The notes beneath the pieces are model-generated. The model worked only from the letters and a program-made list of their open reading frames with translations. It did no database searches and was not told the origin of the DNA. From positions 1 through 64,000 of the forward strand of contig CAWALK010000023.1 in assembly GCA_963782915.1 (NCBI GenBank): DNA of 64,000 bases, given 5' to 3'. Below, piece by piece: positions 21,694 to 30,905 of this stretch. The first letter of the stretch is position 1. Every line of letters starts with the position of its first letter. The position numbers and the translations under genes are program-made. The stretch comes from an uncultured archaeon (GTDB lineage Archaea; Thermoproteota; Bathyarchaeia; Bathyarchaeales; Bathycorpusculaceae).

Positions 21694-22278
21694 ATGAACA
21701 TCTTAGTCATACTGGGACATCCCAACCCCTCAAGCTTCAACCACGCATTAGCCAAAACCACCACAGAAACCCTCACAACAATGGGCCACACGGCGGTTTT
21801 TCACGATTTATACCAAGAAAAATTCAACCCCATCCTCGAACAAACCGAAATGCAAACCCTCGCAGACCCCCAAGTCCGCCTTCACTGCGAAGACTTAGCA
21901 AACGCCGACGGACTCGTAATCATACACCCCATATGGTGGGGCATGCCGCCGGCAGTCATAAACGGCTGGGTAGACCGAGTTTTCCGCTTAGGCATCGCTT
22001 ACCAATTCAAAGAAGTCGCCCCCGGCGTCGGCGTACCCGTAGGGTTGCTTAAGGCCAGGAAGGCGGTGGTTTTCAATACCTCGAACACTCCGCAGGATCA
22101 AGAGTCACTGCGTTGCAGGGATGCGATGGGCAACCTCTGGAAAGCTTGCGTGTTAGATACTTGCGGCGTGTCGGATGTGGAGCGGCGACTCTTTTCACCC
22201 ATGATAAGTAGTACTCAGCAGCAACGGGAAGGTTGGCTAAAAGAAGCAGCAGAAACAATCAAAAAACAATTCAGCTAA
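21694..22278 (+). CDS. NAD(P)H-dependent oxidoreductase (flavodoxin-2/quinone reductase family)
   Basis: ILGHPNPSSFN, HPIWWGMPPAVINGWVDRV. Confidence 0.9.
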   Translation: MNILVILGHPNPSSFNHALAKTTTETLTTMGHTAVFHDLYQEKFNPILEQTEMQTLADPQVRLHCEDLANADGLVIIHPIWWGMPPAVINGWVDRVFRLGIAYQFKEVAPGVGVPVGLLKARKAVVFNTSNTPQDQESLRCRDAMGNLWKACVLDTCGVSDVERRLFSPMISSTQQQREGWLKEAAETIKKQFS

Positions 22279-22622
22279 CCCAGTTTTTCCTTTAGAATTT
22301 TTTGGATTGGCGCTTTAAGCGGTGGGATATCTTCTTTGACTGTTCTGTAAAGGGTTTTTGTGTCTACTCCGAAGTAGCCATGGATTAATTTGTCTCTCAT
22401 GCCAGTCATCCGTTTCCAGGGTACGTCCTTGTATTCTGCTTTGATTTGGTCTGGAATGTTTTTAGCTGCTTCTCCTATGACTTCAATGCTACGCATAACT
22501 GCATTGAGCGTTTTTCTATCATTAACAAAATCTTCATACGATAAATCGTCAATGAAACTATCAATATCCTCAATTGCTTCTAAAATATCGTGAAGAAAAT
22601 CCCTGTAATCACGGTTGCTCAT
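22275..22622 (-). CDS. HEPN/DUF86 RNase toxin (HepT-like)
   Basis: EVIGEAAK, RDKLIHGY (Rx4HxY). Confidence 0.9.
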   Translation of the reverse strand: MSNRDYRDFLHDILEAIEDIDSFIDDLSYEDFVNDRKTLNAVMRSIEVIGEAAKNIPDQIKAEYKDVPWKRMTGMRDKLIHGYFGVDTKTLYRTVKEDIPPLKAPIQKILKEKLG

Positions 22623-22918
22623 ACCATGACTACTTCCTCAAGAATACGTTTACCAATATAGGGCTTGAGCGCTCCTTTTGATACTAAATCCACTTTTATA
22701 TCAAGCTCTTTAGATAAGAGCTCTTCTAACTCTAGGAACTTAAAGAACCCTGGGTGTGCGTCTTCCCGGAAGGTTACAAGGATGTCAATATCGCTTTTTT
22801 TAGTCTGTTCTCCTCGTCTATATGAGCCAAAAACGCCGATGGTTTCCACTCCATACTGCTCGCTAAGAACGGGTTTTAGGTTTTCTATAGTGGAGGTTAT
22901 TTCCTTTAGCGTTTTCAT
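22619..22918 (-). CDS. minimal nucleotidyltransferase antitoxin (MntA-like)
   Basis: GVFGSYRRGEQTKKSDIDILV (GSx10DxD), KVDLV. Confidence 0.9.
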   Translation of the reverse strand: MKTLKEITSTIENLKPVLSEQYGVETIGVFGSYRRGEQTKKSDIDILVTFREDAHPGFFKFLELEELLSKELDIKVDLVSKGALKPYIGKRILEEVVMV

Positions 22919-23064
22919 GGCTAACTACTACGATTATTACTATTCTTCTTTCTTTTCTATTTTATGCAAAACAACCGAGAAGCAGTTAAGATAATGCGTT
23001 GGCTTATACGAGTGAGCCTTAAATTTTATTAGTTCAGAGCACACATTAGCAAGCGGAGAACAGC

Positions 23065-23901
23065 ATGCCTTACTGTGAAAACTGTGGAGCACAAATCAAT
23101 TCAACCGCTAAATTCTGCGGAAGCTGCGGCACCCCCCGAACCCAAAACCCGGCACCTGCCCAGCCAACTGTAGAAGCACCCCTCAAAGCTGAGCCGGTTG
23201 CAGCATCCCAATCTTTACCGAAACGAGAACGCCTCAACTATTACTCACCCCCAAACCCCCGCTACATCACCTCTGCACCCCTGCCAATCCTGACCTCCCA
23301 GCCAGTCATGGCTCAGCCACGCTTTCAGCAGCCTGTTGCACCCTTGCAGCCCTCACCCATACCTGCCCAGCCTCAACCCATACCTCAACAGGATGGAGAA
23401 GCAATAGTTGGCGTCATACTCTTTCGACGCATGAAATCAATGGGCAGATACGACAGCTACGCCGGCGTCGTAACCACTCAGCGAATGATTTTTGCGCAAC
23501 TCACAGCCGATATGCTAAATCAAGCGGCACAGCAAGCCCGCGACCAAGCCAAAGCAGAAGGCAAAGGCTTCTTCGGAGCATGGGGCGACCAACTAAAAGC
23601 CACCTTCGGCTACACAAACAAGTATCTCACCATGCAGCCTCAAGCAATCCTTGTAGAAACCCCTGGTAACTGGGCACTCTACAATAACACAATCAACCAA
23701 ATCGACGTACACCTAAAAGGTGCGCATAAAAACTCGCGGGAACGCCGAGAATTCGAAACCGTAATCCAGAGCAACAGCGGAACCTACGATTTTCATATGG
23801 AGGAACACAGTGACTTCACCGATACTCTGAAGCGGGTTTACGGTGACCGTGTTAAGATGCCGTTTGGGTACTTCTCAAAAACCGTAGCTATCAAACTCTA
23901 A
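23065..23901 (+). CDS. double zinc-ribbon protein with Pro/Gln-rich linker and possible PH-like C-terminal domain
   Basis: MPYCENCG...KFCGSCG. Confidence 0.8.
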   Translation: MPYCENCGAQINSTAKFCGSCGTPRTQNPAPAQPTVEAPLKAEPVAASQSLPKRERLNYYSPPNPRYITSAPLPILTSQPVMAQPRFQQPVAPLQPSPIPAQPQPIPQQDGEAIVGVILFRRMKSMGRYDSYAGVVTTQRMIFAQLTADMLNQAAQQARDQAKAEGKGFFGAWGDQLKATFGYTNKYLTMQPQAILVETPGNWALYNNTINQIDVHLKGAHKNSRERREFETVIQSNSGTYDFHMEEHSDFTDTLKRVYGDRVKMPFGYFSKTVAIKL

Positions 23902-24026
23902 AAATTTTTCTTTATTTTTTACTTTCTGAGCGTTTATCCGGCAGAAGGTATGGGCACGACTCAGCAGTGGAAACAAAGCTTATATGTTCAGCAACAGAAT
24001 AAGCGCTAATTAAGGTATGGAAGAGT

Positions 24027-24353
24027 ATGAAGGGAGCAATAGTATTCCTAGTAGTATTCGCCATTTTAGTTTTAGCAACCATCGGCAGCATCGCTATTCC
24101 GCCGGGACAAGCCATCTATAACCTTGCATTGCCAAACACAGAAGTCTACACTAGCCAATATGCAATAGTTGGCACAAACGCTTTCACACTGATCATTGGA
24201 GTCTTCAACGGCGTCATTTACGGATTTGTCGCATGGGTAGTCTTCACCATCCTCATGATGGCAACCAGAAAAGACAAAAAACAAAACGTAAACGTCAACG
24301 TCACAGTCAACAACAACGGCACCAACCCACCACCGCCACCACCCCAAAACTAA
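24027..24353 (+). CDS. small membrane protein with poly-Pro tail
   Basis: Two hydrophobic segments; NVNVNVTV...PPPPPP. Confidence 0.7.
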   Translation: MKGAIVFLVVFAILVLATIGSIAIPPGQAIYNLALPNTEVYTSQYAIVGTNAFTLIIGVFNGVIYGFVAWVVFTILMMATRKDKKQNVNVNVTVNNNGTNPPPPPPQN

Positions 24354-24450
24354 AACGGCACTAAAAAGCCAAATTTTTTTCTCTTACCACTTAGCAAACG
24401 CTCTGGGTGTGTACAGAAAAAGTTAAAGGGGTCCGAAAGATTTCTAGATT

Positions 24451-24888
24451 GTGGTTTTTATGCGGTTTTTTACGGTAACAGACCAAGATAGTGTAAAACA
24501 TAAGATTCTTGTTATTCCACTTAGTCAAGCTGAAATGAATCAGATTGTTGGGCAATGCCAAAAATGCATCCCCTCCATTACTGCCTCCTCGCTAATCGAA
24601 ACCGGGCACCCCTACGCTATCGTTGACTTTGGCGCAGACGCTTATAAAACAGCCATACCTCTGGATGAGGAATCTGAGGATGGGCATCGTGTCGGCGACG
24701 AATTAGCTATAGGCGATGTTTTAACAGTGTTTTTAACTGCTGACAATAATGCTATGCGGGTATCAGGCGACAAAGTCTACATGAACACTCCAATAGAAGG
24801 GGTTTTAGCGTTCAGTATTCTCTACACTGCTGAGATGGCGGAAAACTACGCCGTTTTTAACATGATTGAACAGCGAAAAGCCGAATAA
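24451..24888 (+). CDS. hypothetical protein
   Basis: ORF of 145 aa. Confidence 0.6.
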   Translation: MVFMRFFTVTDQDSVKHKILVIPLSQAEMNQIVGQCQKCIPSITASSLIETGHPYAIVDFGADAYKTAIPLDEESEDGHRVGDELAIGDVLTVFLTADNNAMRVSGDKVYMNTPIEGVLAFSILYTAEMAENYAVFNMIEQRKAE

Positions 24889-24890
24889 CC

Positions 24891-25010
24891 CTATTTTAGG
24901 TAACGGCTAAACCAGTCTGCGGCAAAACAAGAGACTCTTCAAAGTTTGCCCGTTTCCTCAAACAGATGCGCCGCACCTAGAACAGTCACCAGTTCATTCT
25001 CGTTGGTCAT
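24891..25010 (-). pseudogene. orphan duplicate of the last 40 codons of the dienelactone-hydrolase-family gene (25676-25795)
   Basis: MTNENELVTVLGAAHLFEETGKL*RVSCFAADWFSRYLK* versus MTNENKLVIVPGATHLFEEPGKLEEVAKFSAEWFKRFLC*. Confidence 0.8.
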
Positions 25011-25034
25011 TTACTATTTATGTAAGGGGTTTCT

Positions 25035-25604
25035 ATGAAAGAAACAAATCATGAAAAAATCGAAGAGCTGAATTTTGACCAATTATTTAGAGAAATCTCT
25101 CCCGAAGAGATACGCGACAGCGTATTCACATTAGTAGGAAAGGTTTATCCGGTTATTACTGCAGGCAAGGAAAATCATTATAATTCCATGACAGCCAGTG
25201 GAGGTGGCATGGGGCTTCTTTTCAAGAAACCCACCACTTGGTGTCTTCTTCAAGCAAACCGTTATACGCTTGAAATAATTCAAAAAGAGCAAACATATAC
25301 GATGTCTTACTTTCCGGATGAATATAAGAAACAAGTACTCTTTTTGGGAAGTAAATCAGGAAGGGATAGTGAGAAAATGAAAGAGGTCGAATTGACAAGT
25401 GTTCAAACGCCTTCTGGAGATATGTCTTTCAAAGAAGCCAGATTAATTATTGAATGTAAATTAACTGAAATTACTACCCCAAATCCCAACGATTTTTACA
25501 CACAAGAAGCTAAAGAGTACATAAAAGAAGCTTACAAAGAAGCAAGCGATTATCGCAAATACGTATTTGGGGAAATCACTCATGTTTGGGTAAAAAAAGA
25601 ATAA
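25035..25604 (+). CDS. flavin reductase-like protein (AT-rich)
   Basis: ITAG..YNSMTASGG, RYT, LGSKSGRDSEK. Confidence 0.8.
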   Translation: MKETNHEKIEELNFDQLFREISPEEIRDSVFTLVGKVYPVITAGKENHYNSMTASGGGMGLLFKKPTTWCLLQANRYTLEIIQKEQTYTMSYFPDEYKKQVLFLGSKSGRDSEKMKEVELTSVQTPSGDMSFKEARLIIECKLTEITTPNPNDFYTQEAKEYIKEAYKEASDYRKYVFGEITHVWVKKE

Positions 25605-25675
25605 ACAAAAATTAACGAAGCGAATGAACTGGCTCTATTCAAATGATCCAGCATCTTATCCCAAAGCAGGATAGA

Positions 25676-26329
25676 TTAACATAGGAAGCGTTTGAACCAC
25701 TCTGCTGAGAATTTGGCGACTTCTTCAAGCTTCCCTGGCTCCTCAAACAGATGTGTCGCACCCGGAACAATCACCAGTTTATTCTCGTTAGTCATTTGGC
25801 TCTGGGCTTGCTTGTTTAATTCTATGACTTCTTCATCATCGCCGCCTACCAAAAGCAACGTCGGAGCCCTAACCTGAGGTAGAAACTGTTGCCCTGCAAG
25901 GTCAGGTCTTCCGCCACGCGAAACCACAGCCGCTACATCATCGGGCATTTTAGCCGCAGCAATCAAAGCCGCCGCAGCACCCGTACTTGCCCCAAAATAA
26001 CCCAGCTTCAACTTGGAGGTTTGCGGGTCAACTCTTAGCCACTCCGTCACACCAATTAGCCGCTGAGCTAACAATGCGATGTTGAAGCGGTATTCCGCTG
26101 TTAACTCATCTTCTTCCTCTTCTCCGGGCGTTAACAAATCAAACAGTAACGTGCCCATGGAGGCTTTGTTGAATTCTTTAGCTACATACTGGTTGCGGGG
26201 GCTGAAGCGGCTGCTTCCGCTGCCATGCGCAAAAATAATCAAGCAACCGGTCTCAGAGGGCAAAAACATGTTCCCCTCAACTTCCACGCTGGCAACGGGG
26301 ATTTTTATGGCTTGTTCCATGCTTGTCAT
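25676..26329 (-). CDS. dienelactone hydrolase family alpha/beta hydrolase
   Basis: FAHGSGSSRFSPRN, GASTG, SRGGRPDLA, ATHLFEEPG. Confidence 0.9.
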   Translation of the reverse strand: MTSMEQAIKIPVASVEVEGNMFLPSETGCLIIFAHGSGSSRFSPRNQYVAKEFNKASMGTLLFDLLTPGEEEEDELTAEYRFNIALLAQRLIGVTEWLRVDPQTSKLKLGYFGASTGAAAALIAAAKMPDDVAAVVSRGGRPDLAGQQFLPQVRAPTLLLVGGDDEEVIELNKQAQSQMTNENKLVIVPGATHLFEEPGKLEEVAKFSAEWFKRFLC

Positions 26330-27000
26330 GCAACCATTACCCCCTGCGAATTAAGTTTCAAACCTTCCCTAGAAAGATTCAGTAGTCGGATGACTTCTTG
26401 GTCTTCTGTTTGGGAGAAATCATCGTAGAATTGTCCAATGGCTTGGAATTCATCGGGCATGTAGAGGCATACAACTCGGTCCGCAAGCAACGTTAATTCC
26501 TGAATGGTCTGGGGAGGACCCACGGGAACTGCGATTGTAACTGATTTTGCTCCGCTGTTTTTAACTGAAGCCAACGCCGCCTTCATCGTGGATCCCGTAG
26601 CTATGCCATCGTCAACAATGATAACATCTCTGCCTCTGAGTTCCAGCGCTGCCATACCGTGCCGGTACAATTTCAGACGTCTTGTTATTTCCTGTTTTTG
26701 GCGTTCACTCTCTGCTTGGATATACTCTTTGCTGACTCCGAGATACCGCGTTAGGTTTTCATCAAGCACCGTTGAACCATCCTCAGCTATTGCGCCGATG
26801 GCGAGTTCAGGGTTATCCGGTGCACCCAACTTATGGGGAACAATCACATCTAAAGGCAGGTTTAGTGCTGAGGCAATTTCGTAGCCTATTACTACGCCGC
26901 CTCGGGGAATCGCCAGAACCGCGCCGTTTTTGCTTTTAAAATCCGCTAACGCCTCGGCTAAGCGTTTGCCGGCGTCTATGCGGTCAGAAAAATAAGCCAT
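26326..27000 (-). CDS. phosphoribosyltransferase family protein
   Basis: FSDRIDAG, IPRGG, PELAIGA, VDDGIATG. Confidence 0.9.
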   Translation of the reverse strand: MAYFSDRIDAGKRLAEALADFKSKNGAVLAIPRGGVVIGYEIASALNLPLDVIVPHKLGAPDNPELAIGAIAEDGSTVLDENLTRYLGVSKEYIQAESERQKQEITRRLKLYRHGMAALELRGRDVIIVDDGIATGSTMKAALASVKNSGAKSVTIAVPVGPPQTIQELTLLADRVVCLYMPDEFQAIGQFYDDFSQTEDQEVIRLLNLSREGLKLNSQGVMVA

Positions 27001-27137
27001 AAGAATTCCTCAAAAAATCTTCAACTTGATAAATGGGCAAGTTTAGATATAAAAAGTGCATGAATAATGGTAATTGACACTATACTCCAACAAACCTTTA
27101 AGATGCGCCCACCGCCCCAAAATGGTGGTGAATTTTT

Positions 27138-27615
27138 GTGTCAACAAATATTTTAGCACTCGACCGAGCCATAAACCACACCGTCGAGTGGATAGATGAC
27201 ATCCAAGACGAATTGGGCTGGGACAGCAAAGACAACGTTTACCAAGCCACCAAAGCCGTACTGCAAAGCATCCGCGACAGATTGCCCATCGAAGAAGTCG
27301 TGCATCTCTCGCTAATTTGCCGCTGATTATGAAGGGCATGATGATGGATGGTTACACTCTGAAAAACAAGCCCGAACGCATCCGCGACCTTGAGGGTTTC
27401 TTGAGTATGTGCAGGCAAACTATGACGCTTCAATGCGTGACGTGATTAACCCCGAAGACGCCGTCATCACAGTAGTTAATGTGCTCAATAGCCATATGGG
27501 CGGCGGGGAAATGCGTAAAGTTGCAGCGAATATGCCCCAACATTTACAGCGGCTGTTTAAGGCGGCAGGTGTAGAAGTGCCTGAGACTTCACAAGCAGTC
27601 GAAGCCACAGCTTAG
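27138..27615 (+). CDS. DUF2267 family protein (two deletion-type frameshifts)
   Basis: T.EWIDDI..ELGW, AVLQSIRDRL, then (S)ANLPLIMKG in a shifted frame, ANMPQ. Confidence 0.7.
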
Positions 27616-27725
27616 GTAAGCTACAATTTTAGTATTTTTTCGTTTACCTTTTTTGAGCGGAAGCAGGTTTTGTTTGGCAACGCTTAAATTTTGTCTCTGC
27701 TATACCCCTACCTTGAGGATTCAGT

Positions 27726-28814
27726 TTGCCTTATTGTCGAAGATGCGGAACCCAACTTGAAGAAGACGCCCGTTTCTGCCATAAATGCGGAACCCCCGTA
27801 GTCACCTATGTCCCACCGGCAGCCTACACTCCACCCGTTCAACCTGTTCAATCAGCACCGCATCGGCCTTGGCATAAAGACCCCTACATCGTCGCCGCCA
27901 TAGGTTTAGTAGTCATACTTCTTTCAGCCGCAATCGTCGTTGGCCTTTTGGTAGCCCCATGGGGTTCATGGAGCACAAGCGACTCATTTGCGGATACCAA
28001 CCCAAACATAGACACTGTTAACGTGAATTTTGTAACTGACATCGGCCGCGTAAACATAGCCACAATGCAGATGTCCGATAGCAACATCGGAATCTACGTT
28101 TTGGCGAATGGTTCACGAGGCATTATGGGCGGCTCAGATATTCCAGTTACCATAACCTTTGACAACCAAACAGTTGGCAGCACCTTAAACGTCAACTCAA
28201 GAGTCACCATAGAGAACGCTTATACTTCAAGAGCGGACGTTACCTGCCAAATCTTCGTTAATCCAGCATTAAAGCTCAACCTAAACGTTACCTCAACCAC
28301 TGGACATGTCAGTTTCACCGCGGACAAAGCCACAACCATACAATCCCTAAACCTCCAAACCACCACAGGCGAGGTTGAAGCTAACTTGCAAGGCAACATA
28401 ACCATCGCAGGCGACATATCCCTTCGAACCACAACCGGCGCAATCAATTACCGCATGAACGAAAACGCAGTTTCAGGCAACCACACCATTAACTTGCAAT
28501 CCACAACCGGTTCAGTAACCCTCGACATCACCCAAACCAAAACGTTATCGGGCAACCTGCAAGTTAACGCAGCGGCAACCACAGGCTCCGTAAACGTCGG
28601 CTTAATCATCGACGGCGGCGTCTCAGCAAAAATCATCAGCCAAAAACCCGCATTAGGAAACATACACACCAACCTAAACAACTTCCAAGGAAACAACACA
28701 CTGCTACAATCAAACAATTACCCCTCAAATAGCATCATAGAAATCAACAACAGCGCAGTCACAGGCAGCATAAACATAAACGCAAACTACAAAACAACCA
28801 CAATCGCTTCCTAA
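27726..28814 (+). CDS. zinc-ribbon + TM + adhesin-like (DUF4097-type) beta-repeat protein
   Basis: CRRCG...FCHKCG, TM helix, repeated xTTTGxV. Confidence 0.8.
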   Translation: MPYCRRCGTQLEEDARFCHKCGTPVVTYVPPAAYTPPVQPVQSAPHRPWHKDPYIVAAIGLVVILLSAAIVVGLLVAPWGSWSTSDSFADTNPNIDTVNVNFVTDIGRVNIATMQMSDSNIGIYVLANGSRGIMGGSDIPVTITFDNQTVGSTLNVNSRVTIENAYTSRADVTCQIFVNPALKLNLNVTSTTGHVSFTADKATTIQSLNLQTTTGEVEANLQGNITIAGDISLRTTTGAINYRMNENAVSGNHTINLQSTTGSVTLDITQTKTLSGNLQVNAAATTGSVNVGLIIDGGVSAKIISQKPALGNIHTNLNNFQGNNTLLQSNNYPSNSIIEINNSAVTGSININANYKTTTIAS

Positions 28815-28882
28815 ACAAACCCTACCCCTAAACCTTTATTGCCCTCCTACAACCAAATACAAGTTAGCAAAGGTGAAATTTT

Positions 28883-29122
28883 TTGGCACAAACAAAAAAA
28901 GTAACTCGCCAAGAACTCGAAGAAAATAACGGCCAAAACAGCAAACCGGCATGGTTCGCTTACCAAGGAAAAGTCTACGATGTATCCGACAGTAGCTTCT
29001 GGATGGACGGCGAACACATGAGCATGCACAACGCCGGCAAAGACTTAACAGAAGACTTGGAGATGGCGCCGCATCGCGAAGAGAACTTTGCGAAGGTTAA
29101 ATTCGTCGGCGAATTAGTCTAA
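28883..29122 (+). CDS. cytochrome b5-like heme/steroid-binding protein
   Basis: GKVYDVS, W.DGEH...H.AGKDLT..L..APH. Confidence 0.85.
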   Translation: MAQTKKVTRQELEENNGQNSKPAWFAYQGKVYDVSDSSFWMDGEHMSMHNAGKDLTEDLEMAPHREENFAKVKFVGELV

Positions 29123-30354
29123 AAAAGGCATTGAAGCACAGAATCAATCCGCCGCAAATCCGTTAACACATTTTTTACTTCTTCTTCCGGTAGGGTTTGG
29201 CGTTTCTGGTGTATTTCAGATACGGTTTGGCATAGGGTATCGAAGGCGCCTTTTAGGTCTAAGTCGTTGTTTAGGTGGGCTTCGAATTCGCCGGTGAGTC
29301 TGCCAACGAAGGAGTCGCCCATGCATTTGTCTGAGGGCTGTTTTGTTTCCTGTAAATCCGCAATCATGCCGCGTAAGTCATCTAATTTTTTGGTTGTTTC
29401 CGCCAGTTTTTCATAGGTGAAATCCAACTCGTCACGGTAAGGCCCATAAATCAAGTAGAAACGTAACTGCGCGCCACTGAAGCCCTTAGCTACCACGTCG
29501 CTTGTGTAATACACGTTGCCAAGGCTTTTGGACATTTTTTCGCCGTTCACGAACAGGTGGCCGCCGTGCAGCCAATACTTTGAGAACTGCTGCCCAGAAA
29601 CCGACTCCGCAATCGCAATGGTGTAATCATGGTGGCGTACTAAGTTGTCGATGCCCCCACAAGCCACATCAATACTAAAGCCCAAATGTTTGGTGACGAT
29701 GGCGGCGTCTTGAATATTCCACGCTGGCCTTCCATTGCCAATGGGTGTATGGTAGCAGATGTGTTCGAGTCCGCAGCCATGCCAAACGATGAAGTCACCC
29801 ATGTTCCAGGGGGTGCCGGGATAGGTGTCTTTGTGGTATCGGCGATGCCGCTTAGGCCACTTCGACATGTCGAGATGAGCCAGTTTTCCGAAACCGCTGA
29901 ATTTAAGCGGGTTAAAATACGCGTTTTTTATGCCTTGATAGGTGTACCAGTAAGCGTAGCCGGTGTCGATGAGTTTCTTGATTAGATTGGCCGCTTGCTC
30001 TACCGCGTTAGATGCCCTTATGGGGTAATCGGGTTTTTTGATGCGGAGCAATGCGAAATCTTTGAAGAAGGTTGCTTCGTTTTTCTGTGTGAGTGCCTCC
30101 ACTGATAAGCCTTCTTTTTTGGCTTGCAGAATTGCTTTATCCTCCACATCAGTCAACGTCATGAGACGAGTCACTTTGTAGCCTAAATATTCAAGGTACC
30201 TTTGCAATATGTCTTCGAAGAGAAAAGTGCGGTAGTTGCCGATGTGTGCCCGCTGATAAGTCGAGGGACCACACGTGTACATTTTGACTTGTTTGTCTTC
30301 GGCGGGTTGGAAGGGCTCTACTTCTCGGGTTAAGGTGTTGTAAATTTGGAGCAT
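29119..30354 (-). CDS. cysteinyl-tRNA synthetase-like paralogue (class I aaRS catalytic domain + DALR, no anticodon domain)
   Basis: YNTLTR, YTCGPSTY, HIGN, KMSKSLGN retained; GRPAWNIQD and RHHDYT replace GWHIEC and PHHENE. Confidence 0.85.
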   Translation of the reverse strand: MLQIYNTLTREVEPFQPAEDKQVKMYTCGPSTYQRAHIGNYRTFLFEDILQRYLEYLGYKVTRLMTLTDVEDKAILQAKKEGLSVEALTQKNEATFFKDFALLRIKKPDYPIRASNAVEQAANLIKKLIDTGYAYWYTYQGIKNAYFNPLKFSGFGKLAHLDMSKWPKRHRRYHKDTYPGTPWNMGDFIVWHGCGLEHICYHTPIGNGRPAWNIQDAAIVTKHLGFSIDVACGGIDNLVRHHDYTIAIAESVSGQQFSKYWLHGGHLFVNGEKMSKSLGNVYYTSDVVAKGFSGAQLRFYLIYGPYRDELDFTYEKLAETTKKLDDLRGMIADLQETKQPSDKCMGDSFVGRLTGEFEAHLNNDLDLKGAFDTLCQTVSEIHQKRQTLPEEEVKNVLTDLRRIDSVLQCLF

Positions 30355-30363
30355 AACTGTCGC

Positions 30364-30849
30364 CTAAGTTGGGGTTGTAGTTAGTTTTTCTTCGTTTGAG
30401 AGCTGCTCCAAAGTATGCTTCGCTTCTTCCACATGCCGCTGCGCTTGCGTCTGCGAATTAAAAATATGACGTACAACCCCTTTCTTATCGATAATGTAGG
30501 TTACGCGCCCCGGAATAATACCCATGGTTGCTGGGACACCGTAGAGTTCACGGACCCTGTTGTCTTTATCACTGAGCAAAATGAATGGCAACCCATAATG
30601 CGTTGCAAACGCGATATGCGACTCTATACTCTGCCCACTTACACCCAGCACTTCTGCGCCCAAATCAGCCAGCTGCTCATAGTTGTCGCGGAAGGTGCAG
30701 GCTTCTTTAGTGCAGCCCGGCGACTCATCCTTGGGATAAAAATAGAGAACAATGTTTTTTTTGCCAAGATATTCGCTAAGGGTAACGTTGTCGCCCATTT
30801 GGGATGGTAATGTGAAGTCTGGGGCTTTATCGCCGACGTTGACTGTCAA
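30364..30849 (-). CDS. bcp: peroxiredoxin, BCP/PrxQ family
   Basis: YFYPKDESPGCTKEACTFRD, GRVTYIID. Confidence 0.93.
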   Translation of the reverse strand: MTVNVGDKAPDFTLPSQMGDNVTLSEYLGKKNIVLYFYPKDESPGCTKEACTFRDNYEQLADLGAEVLGVSGQSIESHIAFATHYGLPFILLSDKDNRVRELYGVPATMGIIPGRVTYIIDKKGVVRHIFNSQTQAQRHVEEAKHTLEQLSNEEKLTTTPT

Positions 30850-30905
30850 AAATGTTCACCACAAAATAGTGGCTGCATAGGGCTTTTATGTTTTTTGTGC
30901 CTCGC

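Noticed and set aside
22920-22965. Degenerate trinucleotide run upstream of the MNT gene
   Set aside because: Low-complexity promoter DNA with no consistent unit
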